Shown piece by piece: positions 34,499-42,996 of a stretch of DNA of 57,011 nt. The notes below the pieces were generated by a model, which ran no database searches, was not told where the DNA came from, and worked only from the letters and a program-made list of their open reading frames with translations. Within the stretch, counting starts at the first letter, position 1, and every line of letters starts with the position of its first letter. This DNA comes from Solirubrobacteraceae bacterium (GTDB lineage Bacteria > Actinomycetota > Thermoleophilia > Solirubrobacterales > Solirubrobacteraceae). The stretch covers positions 1 through 57,011 of the forward strand of contig DATGHN010000078.1 in assembly GCA_035308005.1 (NCBI GenBank). The letters run 5' to 3'. Position numbers and translations under genes: made by a program.

Positions 34499-36385
34499 CT
34501 ACTCCGCGTCCGGGATCCAGACGCGCATCGCACCGTCCTGGCGGTTCGCCCACGCAAGGTAGGGGATTGCGAGCAGTTGCTGGCTTCGCTCGGTCTGCGG
34601 TCCGGCCGGCAACTCGCGCAGGTCGCGGTAGTCGACGTCCTGCCAGCCGTCGAGGCTCTGGACGCTCGCGGGAACGGCGACCCCCGGCATACCCTCGAGC
34701 GAGGAGACCGGCCCGGCGTCCGCGAGCTTCCCGCTTGGGTCGACGCGCACGTCGGCGAGATCGACACCGCCCGGGAGGTCGGTCTCCTCGATGCAGTAGA
34801 CGACCGGGCCGCGTTCGACGGCGATGCAGCCGCGCACTGCGTCGATGCGCGGGTTGGGCGCGGTCAGGCGCGGCGAGACGTCGAGCTCGAGCATGACGCG
34901 GTCGCCGGCGCGCCAGCGCCGCTTGAGCCGCGCGTAGCCGCCGGCCTCGGTGGGCTCGCCGTCGACGCGGGTCGCGCCCCAGTCCGGGATGCGCAGCGAC
35001 AGCGTCCACTCCTCCTCGCCCGCAGCGACGACCTCGACCTCGACGCGGCCGTCCCACGGGTAGCGCGTGTCGATTCGCAGCTCGACCGCCTCGCCCGCGG
35101 GCGTCGTCGTGCGGATCTCAGCGGCCGTGTACTGGTGAAGCTGTAGGCCGCTTGAGTCGCGCGTCGCGATGTACTGCTGGATCGAGGCGAGCGTGCGCAT
35201 GACGTTCGGCGGGCAGCAGGCGACCGGGTTCCAGCCGTGGCGGCGGTGGGCGCCGCGCGACTGCAGCGGATTGACGTAGAAGAACTCGCGGCCGTCGAGT
35301 GAGACTCCCGACAGGAAGCCGTTGTAGAGCGTGCGCTCGATCAGGTCCGCGAAGCGGCTCTCGCCGGTGACGAGCAGCAGGCGCCAGTTCCACATGATGC
35401 TCGCGATCGCGGCGCAGGTCTCGCAATAGGCGCGGTCGGGAGGGAGCTCGTAGGGGTCGCCGATCGCCTCGCCGGTGTGGCGCGATCCGATTCCGCCGGT
35501 CAAATACATCTTCCCGGCGGCCAGGTCGTCCCACTGGGCGAGCATCGCGGCCTTGAGCTCCTCATCGCCGGTCTCGGTGAAGATGTCAGTCACGCCCGCG
35601 TTGAGATAGAGCGCCCGCACCGCATGACCGGTGATCGAGCTCGAGCCGCGCACCGGCTCGGCGTCCTGGTAGTACTCAGGCGTGAAGCGACCGCCGAAAC
35701 GGCGGTAGCCGCGGCGGTCGATCAGCGTCGCCGCGAGCTCCAGGTAGCGGCGCTCGCCCGTCGCGCGGAAGAGCTCGACGAGCGCCGGCTCGACCTCGGG
35801 ATGGCCGTCGGTGCTGTCCTGCTGGCCGTGGGTGAAGACGTCATCGACAAGGTCAGCGAACCGCCGGGCGATGCGGAGGAGAGATGCATCCCCGGCGGCT
35901 CGCGCGAGGGCGACGCCTGCCTGCATCAGGTGGCCGCCACAGTAGAGCTCGTGCCCCATCTCGAGGTCGCTCCAGCGCCAGGCGGGGTCGTTGATCTGGC
36001 ACCACGTGTTGATGTAACCGTCGGCCTCCTGGGTCTGCTCGACGAGCTCGATCGTCTCGCGCGCCTGCTCCGCCAGCTGCGGCGATGGCTCGCGGCCGAT
36101 CTCCCAGCCGACCGCCTCAAGCCACTTGTAGACGTCGGAGTCGCTGAAGACGTACCCGCGCCGCTCGCCCTGGGCGATGCCGGCGGCGATCCTGAAGTTG
36201 TTGAGATTGCCGACGATCTCGAGCTGCTCTGCTCCGTGCGGGATCGTTACCGAGCGGTTGAGCTGCTGGCGGTCGCCGAGCAGGCCCGGGCCAAGCCGCA
36301 CAGCCGAGGCATCGAGCGGGCGTAGCGCGACGTGCGCTGAGGCGGTCGGCACGACGACCCCTGAGAATCTCTCTGACGCTGTCAA
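34499..36385 (-). CDS. Glycoside hydrolase family 127 (beta-L-arabinofuranosidase, HypBA1-like)
   Basis: ORF 34499..36457. The first 24 codons translate the operator repeat, so I start at TTG 36385 (GGAGGG 9 nt upstream); GTG 36352 is an alternative. FSDSDVYKWLEA, YCETCA and ACCPPN (Zn/catalytic Cys) motifs. Confidence 0.85.
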   Translation of the reverse strand: MTASERFSGVVVPTASAHVALRPLDASAVRLGPGLLGDRQQLNRSVTIPHGAEQLEIVGNLNNFRIAAGIAQGERRGYVFSDSDVYKWLEAVGWEIGREPSPQLAEQARETIELVEQTQEADGYINTWCQINDPAWRWSDLEMGHELYCGGHLMQAGVALARAAGDASLLRIARRFADLVDDVFTHGQQDSTDGHPEVEPALVELFRATGERRYLELAATLIDRRGYRRFGGRFTPEYYQDAEPVRGSSSITGHAVRALYLNAGVTDIFTETGDEELKAAMLAQWDDLAAGKMYLTGGIGSRHTGEAIGDPYELPPDRAYCETCAAIASIMWNWRLLLVTGESRFADLIERTLYNGFLSGVSLDGREFFYVNPLQSRGAHRRHGWNPVACCPPNVMRTLASIQQYIATRDSSGLQLHQYTAAEIRTTTPAGEAVELRIDTRYPWDGRVEVEVVAAGEEEWTLSLRIPDWGATRVDGEPTEAGGYARLKRRWRAGDRVMLELDVSPRLTAPNPRIDAVRGCIAVERGPVVYCIEETDLPGGVDLADVRVDPSGKLADAGPVSSLEGMPGVAVPASVQSLDGWQDVDYRDLRELPAGPQTERSQQLLAIPYLAWANRQDGAMRVWIPDAE

Positions 36386-36415
36386 CGCGCGCAGCCCTCC
36401 GACGGTCGGCTTGAT

Positions 36416-36439
36416 CGAAGCGCTTCGCGAAGCGCTTCG
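36416..36439. promoter_or_regulatory. LacI-type operator: tandem CGAAGCGCTTCG x2 (24-bp perfect palindrome) upstream of GH127-ATPase-araA
   Basis: Read directly from the sequence. 26 nt (36414-36439) are identical to 39874-39899. The AAGCGCTT core fits the LacI/GalR operator centre. It lies 30 nt upstream of the proposed GH127 start. Confidence 0.65.
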
Positions 36440-36551
36440 CGACGTGCCGTTATACACGACCGCTCAACCCCTCGGGACCCGCGATCCCCGATTGGCCTTT
36501 CGGCTCCCACGCCTGGGGCGTTCGCGCGTCGCTGAGTGGTGCGCGCGCGGA

Positions 36552-37436
36552 TCATCCCTTGACCGCTCCTGACATCAGCCCCTGGACGTAGTAGCGCTGC
36601 AGCGCGAGGTAGAGGGCGATACACGGCACCATCGCGATGACGATTCCAGCCGAGAGATACGCGTTGTTGATCGCGCCGTAGGTCGACGTGGTGATGTCGT
36701 AGAGCTTCACCGGGAGCGTGAGCTTGTCGGCGCTCTGGATAAAGGTCAGGGCCTGGAGTAGCTCGGTCCAGGAGTACAGGAACGCGTATGTCGCAGTCGT
36801 CGCCAGGCCAGGAACGATCAGCGGCCTCATCACGCGCACGAGCGTCGTGATCACGCCCGCGCCGTCAACTCGAGCGGACTCGACCAGCTCGCGCGGGATC
36901 TGCTGGAAGGTGTTGCGCATGACGAAGACGCCGAATGGCAGGTTGAAGGTGCTGTAGACGAGGATCAGTCCGACCAAGTTGTCGGTCATGTGCAGGTCGC
37001 TGAGCTCGAGGTACAGCGGCGTGAGCACCGCCTGGAAGGGGATCATCAGCGCAAGCAGGATCACGCCGAACACCACGCCCGATCCGCGGAACTGGAACTT
37101 CGCGAGGCCGTAGCCCGCGAGCGTCGCGACGATCATCGTCAGCAATGCCGTGCCGATGCCGACGATGAGGCTGTTCGCGAGGTTGGGCAGGATGTCGTAA
37201 AGACCGTGTGAGACGGCCTTGTAGTTCGCGAAGGTCAGGTGCGTGAAGTCGGCCCCCTGCGGCTGCAGGCTGGCAAGCGACGCGGGCTGCAGCGAGCGCA
37301 GGACGGCCCAAACGATCGGAAGCAGGAAGAGCACCGCGAGCATCGTCGCGACGCACATGTAGGCCCAGAAACCCCGGTCGCGTTTGCGGCGACGTCGCGG
37401 CGCCCGAGGCGCCTCGCTGAGGGCAACCTCGGTCAA
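36552..37436 (-). CDS. Carbohydrate ABC transporter permease (MalG/AraQ type)
   Basis: ORF 36552..38330 trimmed to TTG 37436, which overlaps the upstream TGA. EAA-loop region VESARVDGAGVITTLVRVMRPL. 6 TM. Confidence 0.85.
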   Translation of the reverse strand: MTEVALSEAPRAPRRRRKRDRGFWAYMCVATMLAVLFLLPIVWAVLRSLQPASLASLQPQGADFTHLTFANYKAVSHGLYDILPNLANSLIVGIGTALLTMIVATLAGYGLAKFQFRGSGVVFGVILLALMIPFQAVLTPLYLELSDLHMTDNLVGLILVYSTFNLPFGVFVMRNTFQQIPRELVESARVDGAGVITTLVRVMRPLIVPGLATTATYAFLYSWTELLQALTFIQSADKLTLPVKLYDITTSTYGAINNAYLSAGIVIAMVPCIALYLALQRYYVQGLMSGAVKG

Positions 37437-38413
37437 AACTCGGTCGTATCCCTGAGGATCAAGAACTGCGCCATCGTGATCAGGCCGATCACGACGACGA
37501 GCATCAGCGCCATCGCCGTGGCGTAGCCAAGGTGGAATTGCGTGAACGCCGTCTGATAGATCCACTCGACGACGGTTTCCAGGCCGGCGTTGTTCTGCGC
37601 CAGGATGTAGAACTGATTGAACGCGAGAAACGACCCGATCACCGAGATGATCAGAGCGAGGGCGATCGGGCGCCGCAGCAGCGGCAGCGTGATCCGGCGC
37701 TCCTTCTCCCACCACGAGGCGCCGTCGACGTTGGCCGCCTCGTAGAGCTCGCGCGGGATCCCCTGCATCCCACCGGTGAGAATCAGCATCGTCAGCCCGG
37801 ACGCGAACCACACGACGATCACTGAGATCGCGAGCAGCGCTGGGCCGGTGTTGACGGTCCAGATGTGGTTGTCGCTGACGAGTCCGAGCTTTGAGAGAAG
37901 AAAATCGACTCCGCCCGAGTTGGGCTGCAGCTCGATCTCGAAAATGAAGCTGACAGTGCTCAGGCCGACGACGAATGGAAGGAAGAAGATCGTCCTGAAG
38001 AGCTTTGCCCCCGCGCGGTTGGCGCGCAGCAGAGCAGCGAGCCCGTAGCCGACGAAAAAGATCGGCGGCGTGACGATGGCCGTGTACTCCAGCGTGAATT
38101 TGACCGAGTGTAGGAATTGCGGGTCTTGCAGCAGGTTTTTGTAGTTCGTCAGCCCGATGAAGTGATACGGGCCGAGCAGAGGCCAGTCGGTCAGCGATAT
38201 GTAGATCGCGTAGCCGAGCGGGAACAGCACAAACATCCCCACGAGCGCGACGGCGGGGCTGACGAGAAGGACGCCAGTTCGCGACGATCTCCGGCTTTGC
38301 GCGCTGCGAGCCGGCCTTCGTCCGCCCCACCGGCGGGCGCCGACGGCCCCACCTGGCCCCGCCGAGACTTGCGTCGTCGGGGCCAGGTTGTCGTTGCGGG
38401 CCGCTTGCGTCAT
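37433..38413 (-). CDS. Carbohydrate ABC transporter permease (MalF/AraP type)
   Basis: ORF track 37433..38413 (326 aa, ATG). EAA loop YEAANVDGASWWEKERRITLPLL. Confidence 0.85.
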   Translation of the reverse strand: MTQAARNDNLAPTTQVSAGPGGAVGARRWGGRRPARSAQSRRSSRTGVLLVSPAVALVGMFVLFPLGYAIYISLTDWPLLGPYHFIGLTNYKNLLQDPQFLHSVKFTLEYTAIVTPPIFFVGYGLAALLRANRAGAKLFRTIFFLPFVVGLSTVSFIFEIELQPNSGGVDFLLSKLGLVSDNHIWTVNTGPALLAISVIVVWFASGLTMLILTGGMQGIPRELYEAANVDGASWWEKERRITLPLLRRPIALALIISVIGSFLAFNQFYILAQNNAGLETVVEWIYQTAFTQFHLGYATAMALMLVVVIGLITMAQFLILRDTTEF

Positions 38414-38456
38414 CGCGCCGGCTGTCGCGCCGCCGGGATGGTCAGGTTCCGGGTGA

Positions 38457-39773
38457 TCAGGTTCCGGAGTTCGTGGATTTCAGCAGCTGCTCGAAGCCAG
38501 ACTGCGCAGCGGCTTCTCCGCCGCTGATGTTGTTGTTGTAGACCGCGTCGGTGAACATCGTGAACCACGGCGAGTTAGGCTCGTTGTACGCCTGATCGTA
38601 GATCAGCGTCGTCGGAGCGTAGCCCGTCGCGAGAGCCTTCAACGCAACGGCGTCGTAGGGGTTGTCCTTCTTGAACGACGGCGTGAGGATGTTGGTGAGG
38701 ACCGGGGTGTAACCAAAGCCCGGGTATTGAACCTGGATCTGCGGCTGGAGCATCCACTTGACGAACTCCCACGCCCCAGAGGCGTTCTTGGCGCCCTTCG
38801 GAATGACGAAGTCGTCGCCACCGTCGAAGGTCGAGGCGTTGCCGTTCATTCCGGGCAACGGCGCGATGCCGAACTCCTTGATGTTCCCAGAGGCCACGAA
38901 GGCCGGGTACTTGCCGTACGGGCCCGGATACAGCCCGATGTTGCCGCTGGCGAAGTCGTCGCCCCACGTCGCTCCATTGTCGGTCTGGTCATTCGTCGGC
39001 GCGTCGCCGTTCTTCCACATCGTCTGGTAGGCCTGAAGCAGCGCCGTCAGGTCGCTGTTCCCGGTGATGTTGATCTTCTGCTTCGGGATGGCGCCCGTGA
39101 TCATGTAGTTCTTGTCGGCCCACAGGTCAGGCTCCATGACGAAGCCGAGGCAGCCCTGGCAGCCGCCCGCAAACGAAATGCCGGACACGCCACCGCCGAG
39201 CTTCTGGACCGCGTTGGCGTCGCTCACCATCGCGGCGTAGCTGGTCGGCGGCCCATTCAGGCCGGCCTTCGCGAACAGGGTCTTGTTGTACCAGAGCACC
39301 GACAGGTCAGCCAGGTATGGGACCGCGTACTCCCCGCCCTTGTAAAAGCCGAGAGCGAGGTGTCCGTGGCTGAGGTACTTGAGATTCGGCAGGGCCTTGA
39401 TGTACTTGCTGAGGTTCAGGAGCGCGTTCTCACTCGTGAACTCTGGAACGTCGATGTCGTTCAGCCCCACAAGATCCGGGGGATGCCCGGCGCGAATCGC
39501 CGTCGCCAGGGTCGAGGTGTCGTCGTTGGGCGAGGTCTGTACTACCACCACCTTGAGACCCGGGTGCGAAGCGTTGAACTCCGGAACGAGTGCTGCGGCG
39601 GCCCCGTTTGTCGCCGCCCGCTGGTAGAAGACGACCGTCCCCTTCGCGCCGACACCGAAGCTGGCTGAGGCCTTCTTGGCTGTCCCCGAGAATGCCACTC
39701 CAGCGAAAACGAGCGCCATGATCGCGGCGAGCGCGAAGCTCAGGGCGAACCGTTGGATTCCTCTCCTTCTCAT
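38457..39773 (-). CDS. Carbohydrate ABC transporter extracellular solute-binding protein (family 1)
   Basis: ORF track 38457..39773 (438 aa). Strong SD AGAAGGAGAG. Signal peptide MRRRGIQRFALSFALAAIMALVFAGVAFSG. SBP_bac_1-like layout. Confidence 0.85.
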   Translation of the reverse strand: MRRRGIQRFALSFALAAIMALVFAGVAFSGTAKKASASFGVGAKGTVVFYQRAATNGAAAALVPEFNASHPGLKVVVVQTSPNDDTSTLATAIRAGHPPDLVGLNDIDVPEFTSENALLNLSKYIKALPNLKYLSHGHLALGFYKGGEYAVPYLADLSVLWYNKTLFAKAGLNGPPTSYAAMVSDANAVQKLGGGVSGISFAGGCQGCLGFVMEPDLWADKNYMITGAIPKQKINITGNSDLTALLQAYQTMWKNGDAPTNDQTDNGATWGDDFASGNIGLYPGPYGKYPAFVASGNIKEFGIAPLPGMNGNASTFDGGDDFVIPKGAKNASGAWEFVKWMLQPQIQVQYPGFGYTPVLTNILTPSFKKDNPYDAVALKALATGYAPTTLIYDQAYNEPNSPWFTMFTDAVYNNNISGGEAAAQSGFEQLLKSTNSGT

Positions 39774-39871
39774 CTGCTGAGTACCCCTTTCTCACTGTCC
39801 AAATTGTCTGCTCCATGCTGCCGGGAGCCATCGTGCTTCGGCCGCTCCCTCCCCAGATCGATCCGATAGGA

Positions 39872-39903
39872 TCATCGAAGCGCTTCGCGAAGCGCTTCGA
39901 TGA
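39872..39903. promoter_or_regulatory. LacI-type operator: 32-bp perfect palindrome TCATCGAAGCGCTTCG|CGAAGCGCTTCGATGA in the divergent SBP/LacI region
   Basis: All 16 base pairs of symmetry were checked by hand. The site lies 99 nt upstream of the SBP ATG and 47-68 nt upstream of the candidate LacI starts. Confidence 0.7.
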
Positions 39904-39970
39904 ACGTAACAGACTGGTCAATAGCTCGTCAAGTGAGGCCGGCGCAACCGTGCCAGAATCACGTTCTCAA

Positions 39971-41041
39971 GTGACCAAATCAAAGCCAGCGACGATGGCC
40001 GAGATCGCGGCCCGGGCAGGGGTGGCGCTGAGCACCGTGTCCTACGTCCTCAGCGGGAAGCGTCCCGTATCCGAGGAGATGCGCGCTCGCGTCCTCGCCG
40101 CGATCGATGAGCTCGACTATCGCCCGCATGGCCCCGCCCGCGCCCTCGCGAGCGGCGCCTCGCACACGATCGCGCTGTTCCTTCCCTCGCCGCACTGGGA
40201 TCTCGTTCCGATCCAGCAAACGTTCGTCGCCGGTGCGACGGAGGCCACCAGCGCGCGCGATTACGGGCTTCTGCTGTCGACGTCGGCGACGGACCCGGAG
40301 ACGATCGTCCGCCTGCTCTCAAGCGGCCGCGCCGACGGCGCGATCCTGATGGAGACGCTCGCCGATGACGCCCGCGTGCAAACGCTTCAGTCTGCCGGCC
40401 TCCCGTTCTCCCTGATCGGGCGCACCGCCGACACCAGCGGGATCAGCTACGTCGACATCGACTACGGCGACGCGGTGCGCAAGAGCCTCGAGCACCTCGC
40501 CGAGCTCGAGCATCGCCGCGTCGCACTGTTCAACTTCCCCCAGGACCAGCTCGACGCGGGCTACACCTCGGCGCTGATCGCCCGCGACGCCTTCGAGGAG
40601 GCGAGCGCCGAGCTCGGGATCCACGGCATCCATCTGACCTGTCCGCATCCGGCGCCCGAGGCACTCGACGTGGCGACCCGGCTGCTCGCCTCCGAGCCCG
40701 AATGCACCGCGGCGATCACGACCGGGTGGCAGTTCACGGGCCTGCTCGGTGCGCTGCGGGAGGCAAAGCTCCACGTCCCGAGCGAGTTTTCCGTCGTTTC
40801 GGTGATCGCGTCGCAGTTCGCCGAGATGCTGACGCCCGCGCTGACCGGCATCGAGTGGCCCGCCTTCGAAGCGGGCCGCCTCGCCGCGGAGATGCTGATC
40901 GAGCACCTCCGCGATCCGAGCGCTCCCCTGCGTCAGACGCTGGTCGGCGGCGAGCTTGTGATTCGCGAGTCGACCGGCCCGGCGCCCGGCTCGCTGACTG
41001 TGCTTCGGCGACCGGGCGAGCACACGAACGCTGTCGCGTAG
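39971..41041 (+). CDS. LacI-family transcriptional regulator
   Basis: ORF 39815..41041. The upstream part translates the operator, so I start at GTG 39971; GTG 39950 and ATG 39995 are alternatives. HTH ATMAEIAARAGVALSTVSYVLSG. Periplasmic-binding-fold effector domain. Confidence 0.85.
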   Translation: MTKSKPATMAEIAARAGVALSTVSYVLSGKRPVSEEMRARVLAAIDELDYRPHGPARALASGASHTIALFLPSPHWDLVPIQQTFVAGATEATSARDYGLLLSTSATDPETIVRLLSSGRADGAILMETLADDARVQTLQSAGLPFSLIGRTADTSGISYVDIDYGDAVRKSLEHLAELEHRRVALFNFPQDQLDAGYTSALIARDAFEEASAELGIHGIHLTCPHPAPEALDVATRLLASEPECTAAITTGWQFTGLLGALREAKLHVPSEFSVVSVIASQFAEMLTPALTGIEWPAFEAGRLAAEMLIEHLRDPSAPLRQTLVGGELVIRESTGPAPGSLTVLRRPGEHTNAVA

Positions 41042-41078
41042 GCGTCGGTGCTGCGATCGGCGGCGCGGCCGTGCCTCT

Positions 41079-41585
41079 TTAGAACGGCAGTCCGTGAAGT
41101 GTGACCGCCCCGTCCGGCCAGATCGCGCCTGACTCGAGCGCTCGCCACATCACCATCTGCTCCGCAGGGACGAAGCCGTCGGGCTGCTCCACCTCGACAG
41201 GCGAGCCGATCTCGCTGAATCCGAGTCGCTCGTAGAGCCCGGCTCGGTCGTCGTGGCAGAAGAGCACGACGAAGACCGGACCGATCGTCGCAGCGCGAGC
41301 GAGCGCCTCCTCGACGACGCGCCGCCCGAGACCCTGGCCGCGGCGGTCGGCGCGGACGAAGACGCCGCCCAGCCCGACGACCCCGAAGGACTCCTCGCGC
41401 ACGACTACGGTCGCCGTCGTCAGCCCCGCCGTGGCGATCAGCACCCCGTTGTCACTGAGCGCAACGTGGCGCTCCTTGCCGCGGAAGCGAAGCGTGACTC
41501 CAGCCGCGTCGAAGGGGTCGACCTCGTCGCCCTCGAGCGCGCTGCGCTGGTGCTCCGTCAGCTCTCCGAACTCGACGACCTCCAC
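41079..41585 (-). CDS. GNAT-family N-acetyltransferase
   Basis: ORF 41079..41654 (TTG). GTG 41585 has GGGAGGATGG 8 nt upstream. Acetyl-CoA motif VRADRRGQGLGRRVVEEAL. LYERLGF. Confidence 0.7.
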   Translation of the reverse strand: MEVVEFGELTEHQRSALEGDEVDPFDAAGVTLRFRGKERHVALSDNGVLIATAGLTTATVVVREESFGVVGLGGVFVRADRRGQGLGRRVVEEALARAATIGPVFVVLFCHDDRAGLYERLGFSEIGSPVEVEQPDGFVPAEQMVMWRALESGAIWPDGAVTLHGLPF

Positions 41586-41662
41586 CGATCCATCCTCCCA
41601 CGCCCCACGGAGCGGCCCTCGAAGCGGCCGATCTGCGCCCGTACTGGCTGGCAATGAGGTGT

Positions 41663-41699
41663 GTTTGCGGCCGTTTGGAGGCGGTTTGGGTTCGATTTG
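41663..41699. promoter_or_regulatory. Four helically phased (G/A)TTTG tracts (candidate intrinsically bent upstream DNA)
   Basis: TTT runs start at 41664, 41674, 41685 and 41696 (spacing 10, 11, 11 bp). They lie in the intergenic region upstream of the ribose-type ABC operon. Confidence 0.35.
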
Positions 41700-41707
41700 A
41701 CGCAGAC

Positions 41708-41721
41708 TGCAAACGTATGCT
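41708..41721. promoter_or_regulatory. Candidate LacI-family operator TGCAAACGTATGCT
   Basis: 12/14 match to the idealised TGCAAACGTTTGCA palindrome, CG centre. It lies 130 nt upstream of the SBP ATG (41851). The cognate regulator is probably 45665..46744. Confidence 0.4.
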
Positions 41722-41850
41722 TGGATACGGTTGCGTCGATGGGGGGCCCGTAAGTCCGGGAAATACCCGGGGGTCGCGCATCGCGCGCACTCAGCGACAG
41801 CTGGGGCAGGTGTCGCGCCCAGACGGCAACTTCAGAGGAGAGGTAGGTCT

Positions 41851-42996
41851 ATGAAGCAACGGATCAGGCAGCAGCGTGCCCGGGGCACGCGGATCGGCGT
41901 GGCCATCGCGGTTGCGGGCGCCATTGCCGTAGGTGGAGTTATCGAGACGACCGGCACCGCTGGTGCGGCGTCGGCGCACGCGTCGGGGGCAGCGCTGCTT
42001 GCGGCAAGCGTGCACCCGCCCGGCTTCGACAACACCAAGGAAATCGGCCTTCGCAACGCGCTCGTCGCTGCACTCAAGGGCAAGAGCCTCAGCAGCGTGA
42101 ACACGTGGATGGTCGTCAACATCCTGGCCACCTACTGGGTGGCCGGCAAGCAGGGCGACGCGCGGGCCGCGAAGGAGCTGGGAATCCCCGCCCACTTCGA
42201 GGGTCCCTCGCAGGGCCAGCTCACCACGCAGGTCTCGGAGTTCGAGACGCTTGCCTCGACGGGCGCGACCGGCTACTTCACGTCGGTGATCGACCCGGCT
42301 TCCGAGGGCAGCATCATCAACAAGGCGGTAGCCAAGGGCATCGACGTGGTTGCCATCGATTCGCCGGTGCCGCCGGCCGATGCCAAGACGTTCACGTTCA
42401 TCGGTACGCCGAACGTGACGGCGGGCTTCGCCGCTGGGCAGGCGATGATGAAGGCGCTACCGAACGGCGGCGACGTCGCGATCCTCGTTGGATCGCTGAC
42501 GGCGACCAACGTGATCCAGCGCACCCAGGGATTCATGCAGGCGATCAAGGGATCGAAGATCAAGGTTGTCGCGACGGAGAACGACGCCGGCGTCGCCGCC
42601 AAGGCCTCCTCGAACGCCGCGGCCGTTATCGCCGCGCACCCGACACTGAAGGGCATCTACGGCGAGTACTCCTACGACGGACCGGCGGCTGCTGTCGCCG
42701 TGAAGGCGAAGGGGGACATCGGCAAGATCTCGGTCGTCGCCGATGACAACGAGCCGGGGACGATCACGGGCCTTCAGAATGGCTCGGTTGTGGCATCGAT
42801 CCTGCAGCAGCCGTTCATGCAGGGCTATCTCGGCGCGTACGTGACCGCCGCGATGAAGGTGCTTGGGTCTGCCAAGGTGGCAGCGATCATGAAGCCGTTC
42901 CTCACCGACGGTGTGATCAGCACCGGGGTCGGCACGCTGACGAAGGCGAACCTGCCGGCCGATATCGCCTACAACAAGGCAATTGGCGCCAGTTAG
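41851..42996 (+). CDS. Monosaccharide (ribose-type) ABC transporter periplasmic binding protein (Peripla_BP_4 type)
   Basis: ORF 41731..42996 trimmed to ATG 41851 (GAGGAGAGG upstream). Signal peptide. GIDVVAIDSP, GFMQAIKGSKIKVVA and SILQQPFMQGY patterns. Confidence 0.85.
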   Translation: MKQRIRQQRARGTRIGVAIAVAGAIAVGGVIETTGTAGAASAHASGAALLAASVHPPGFDNTKEIGLRNALVAALKGKSLSSVNTWMVVNILATYWVAGKQGDARAAKELGIPAHFEGPSQGQLTTQVSEFETLASTGATGYFTSVIDPASEGSIINKAVAKGIDVVAIDSPVPPADAKTFTFIGTPNVTAGFAAGQAMMKALPNGGDVAILVGSLTATNVIQRTQGFMQAIKGSKIKVVATENDAGVAAKASSNAAAVIAAHPTLKGIYGEYSYDGPAAAVAVKAKGDIGKISVVADDNEPGTITGLQNGSVVASILQQPFMQGYLGAYVTAAMKVLGSAKVAAIMKPFLTDGVISTGVGTLTKANLPADIAYNKAIGAS

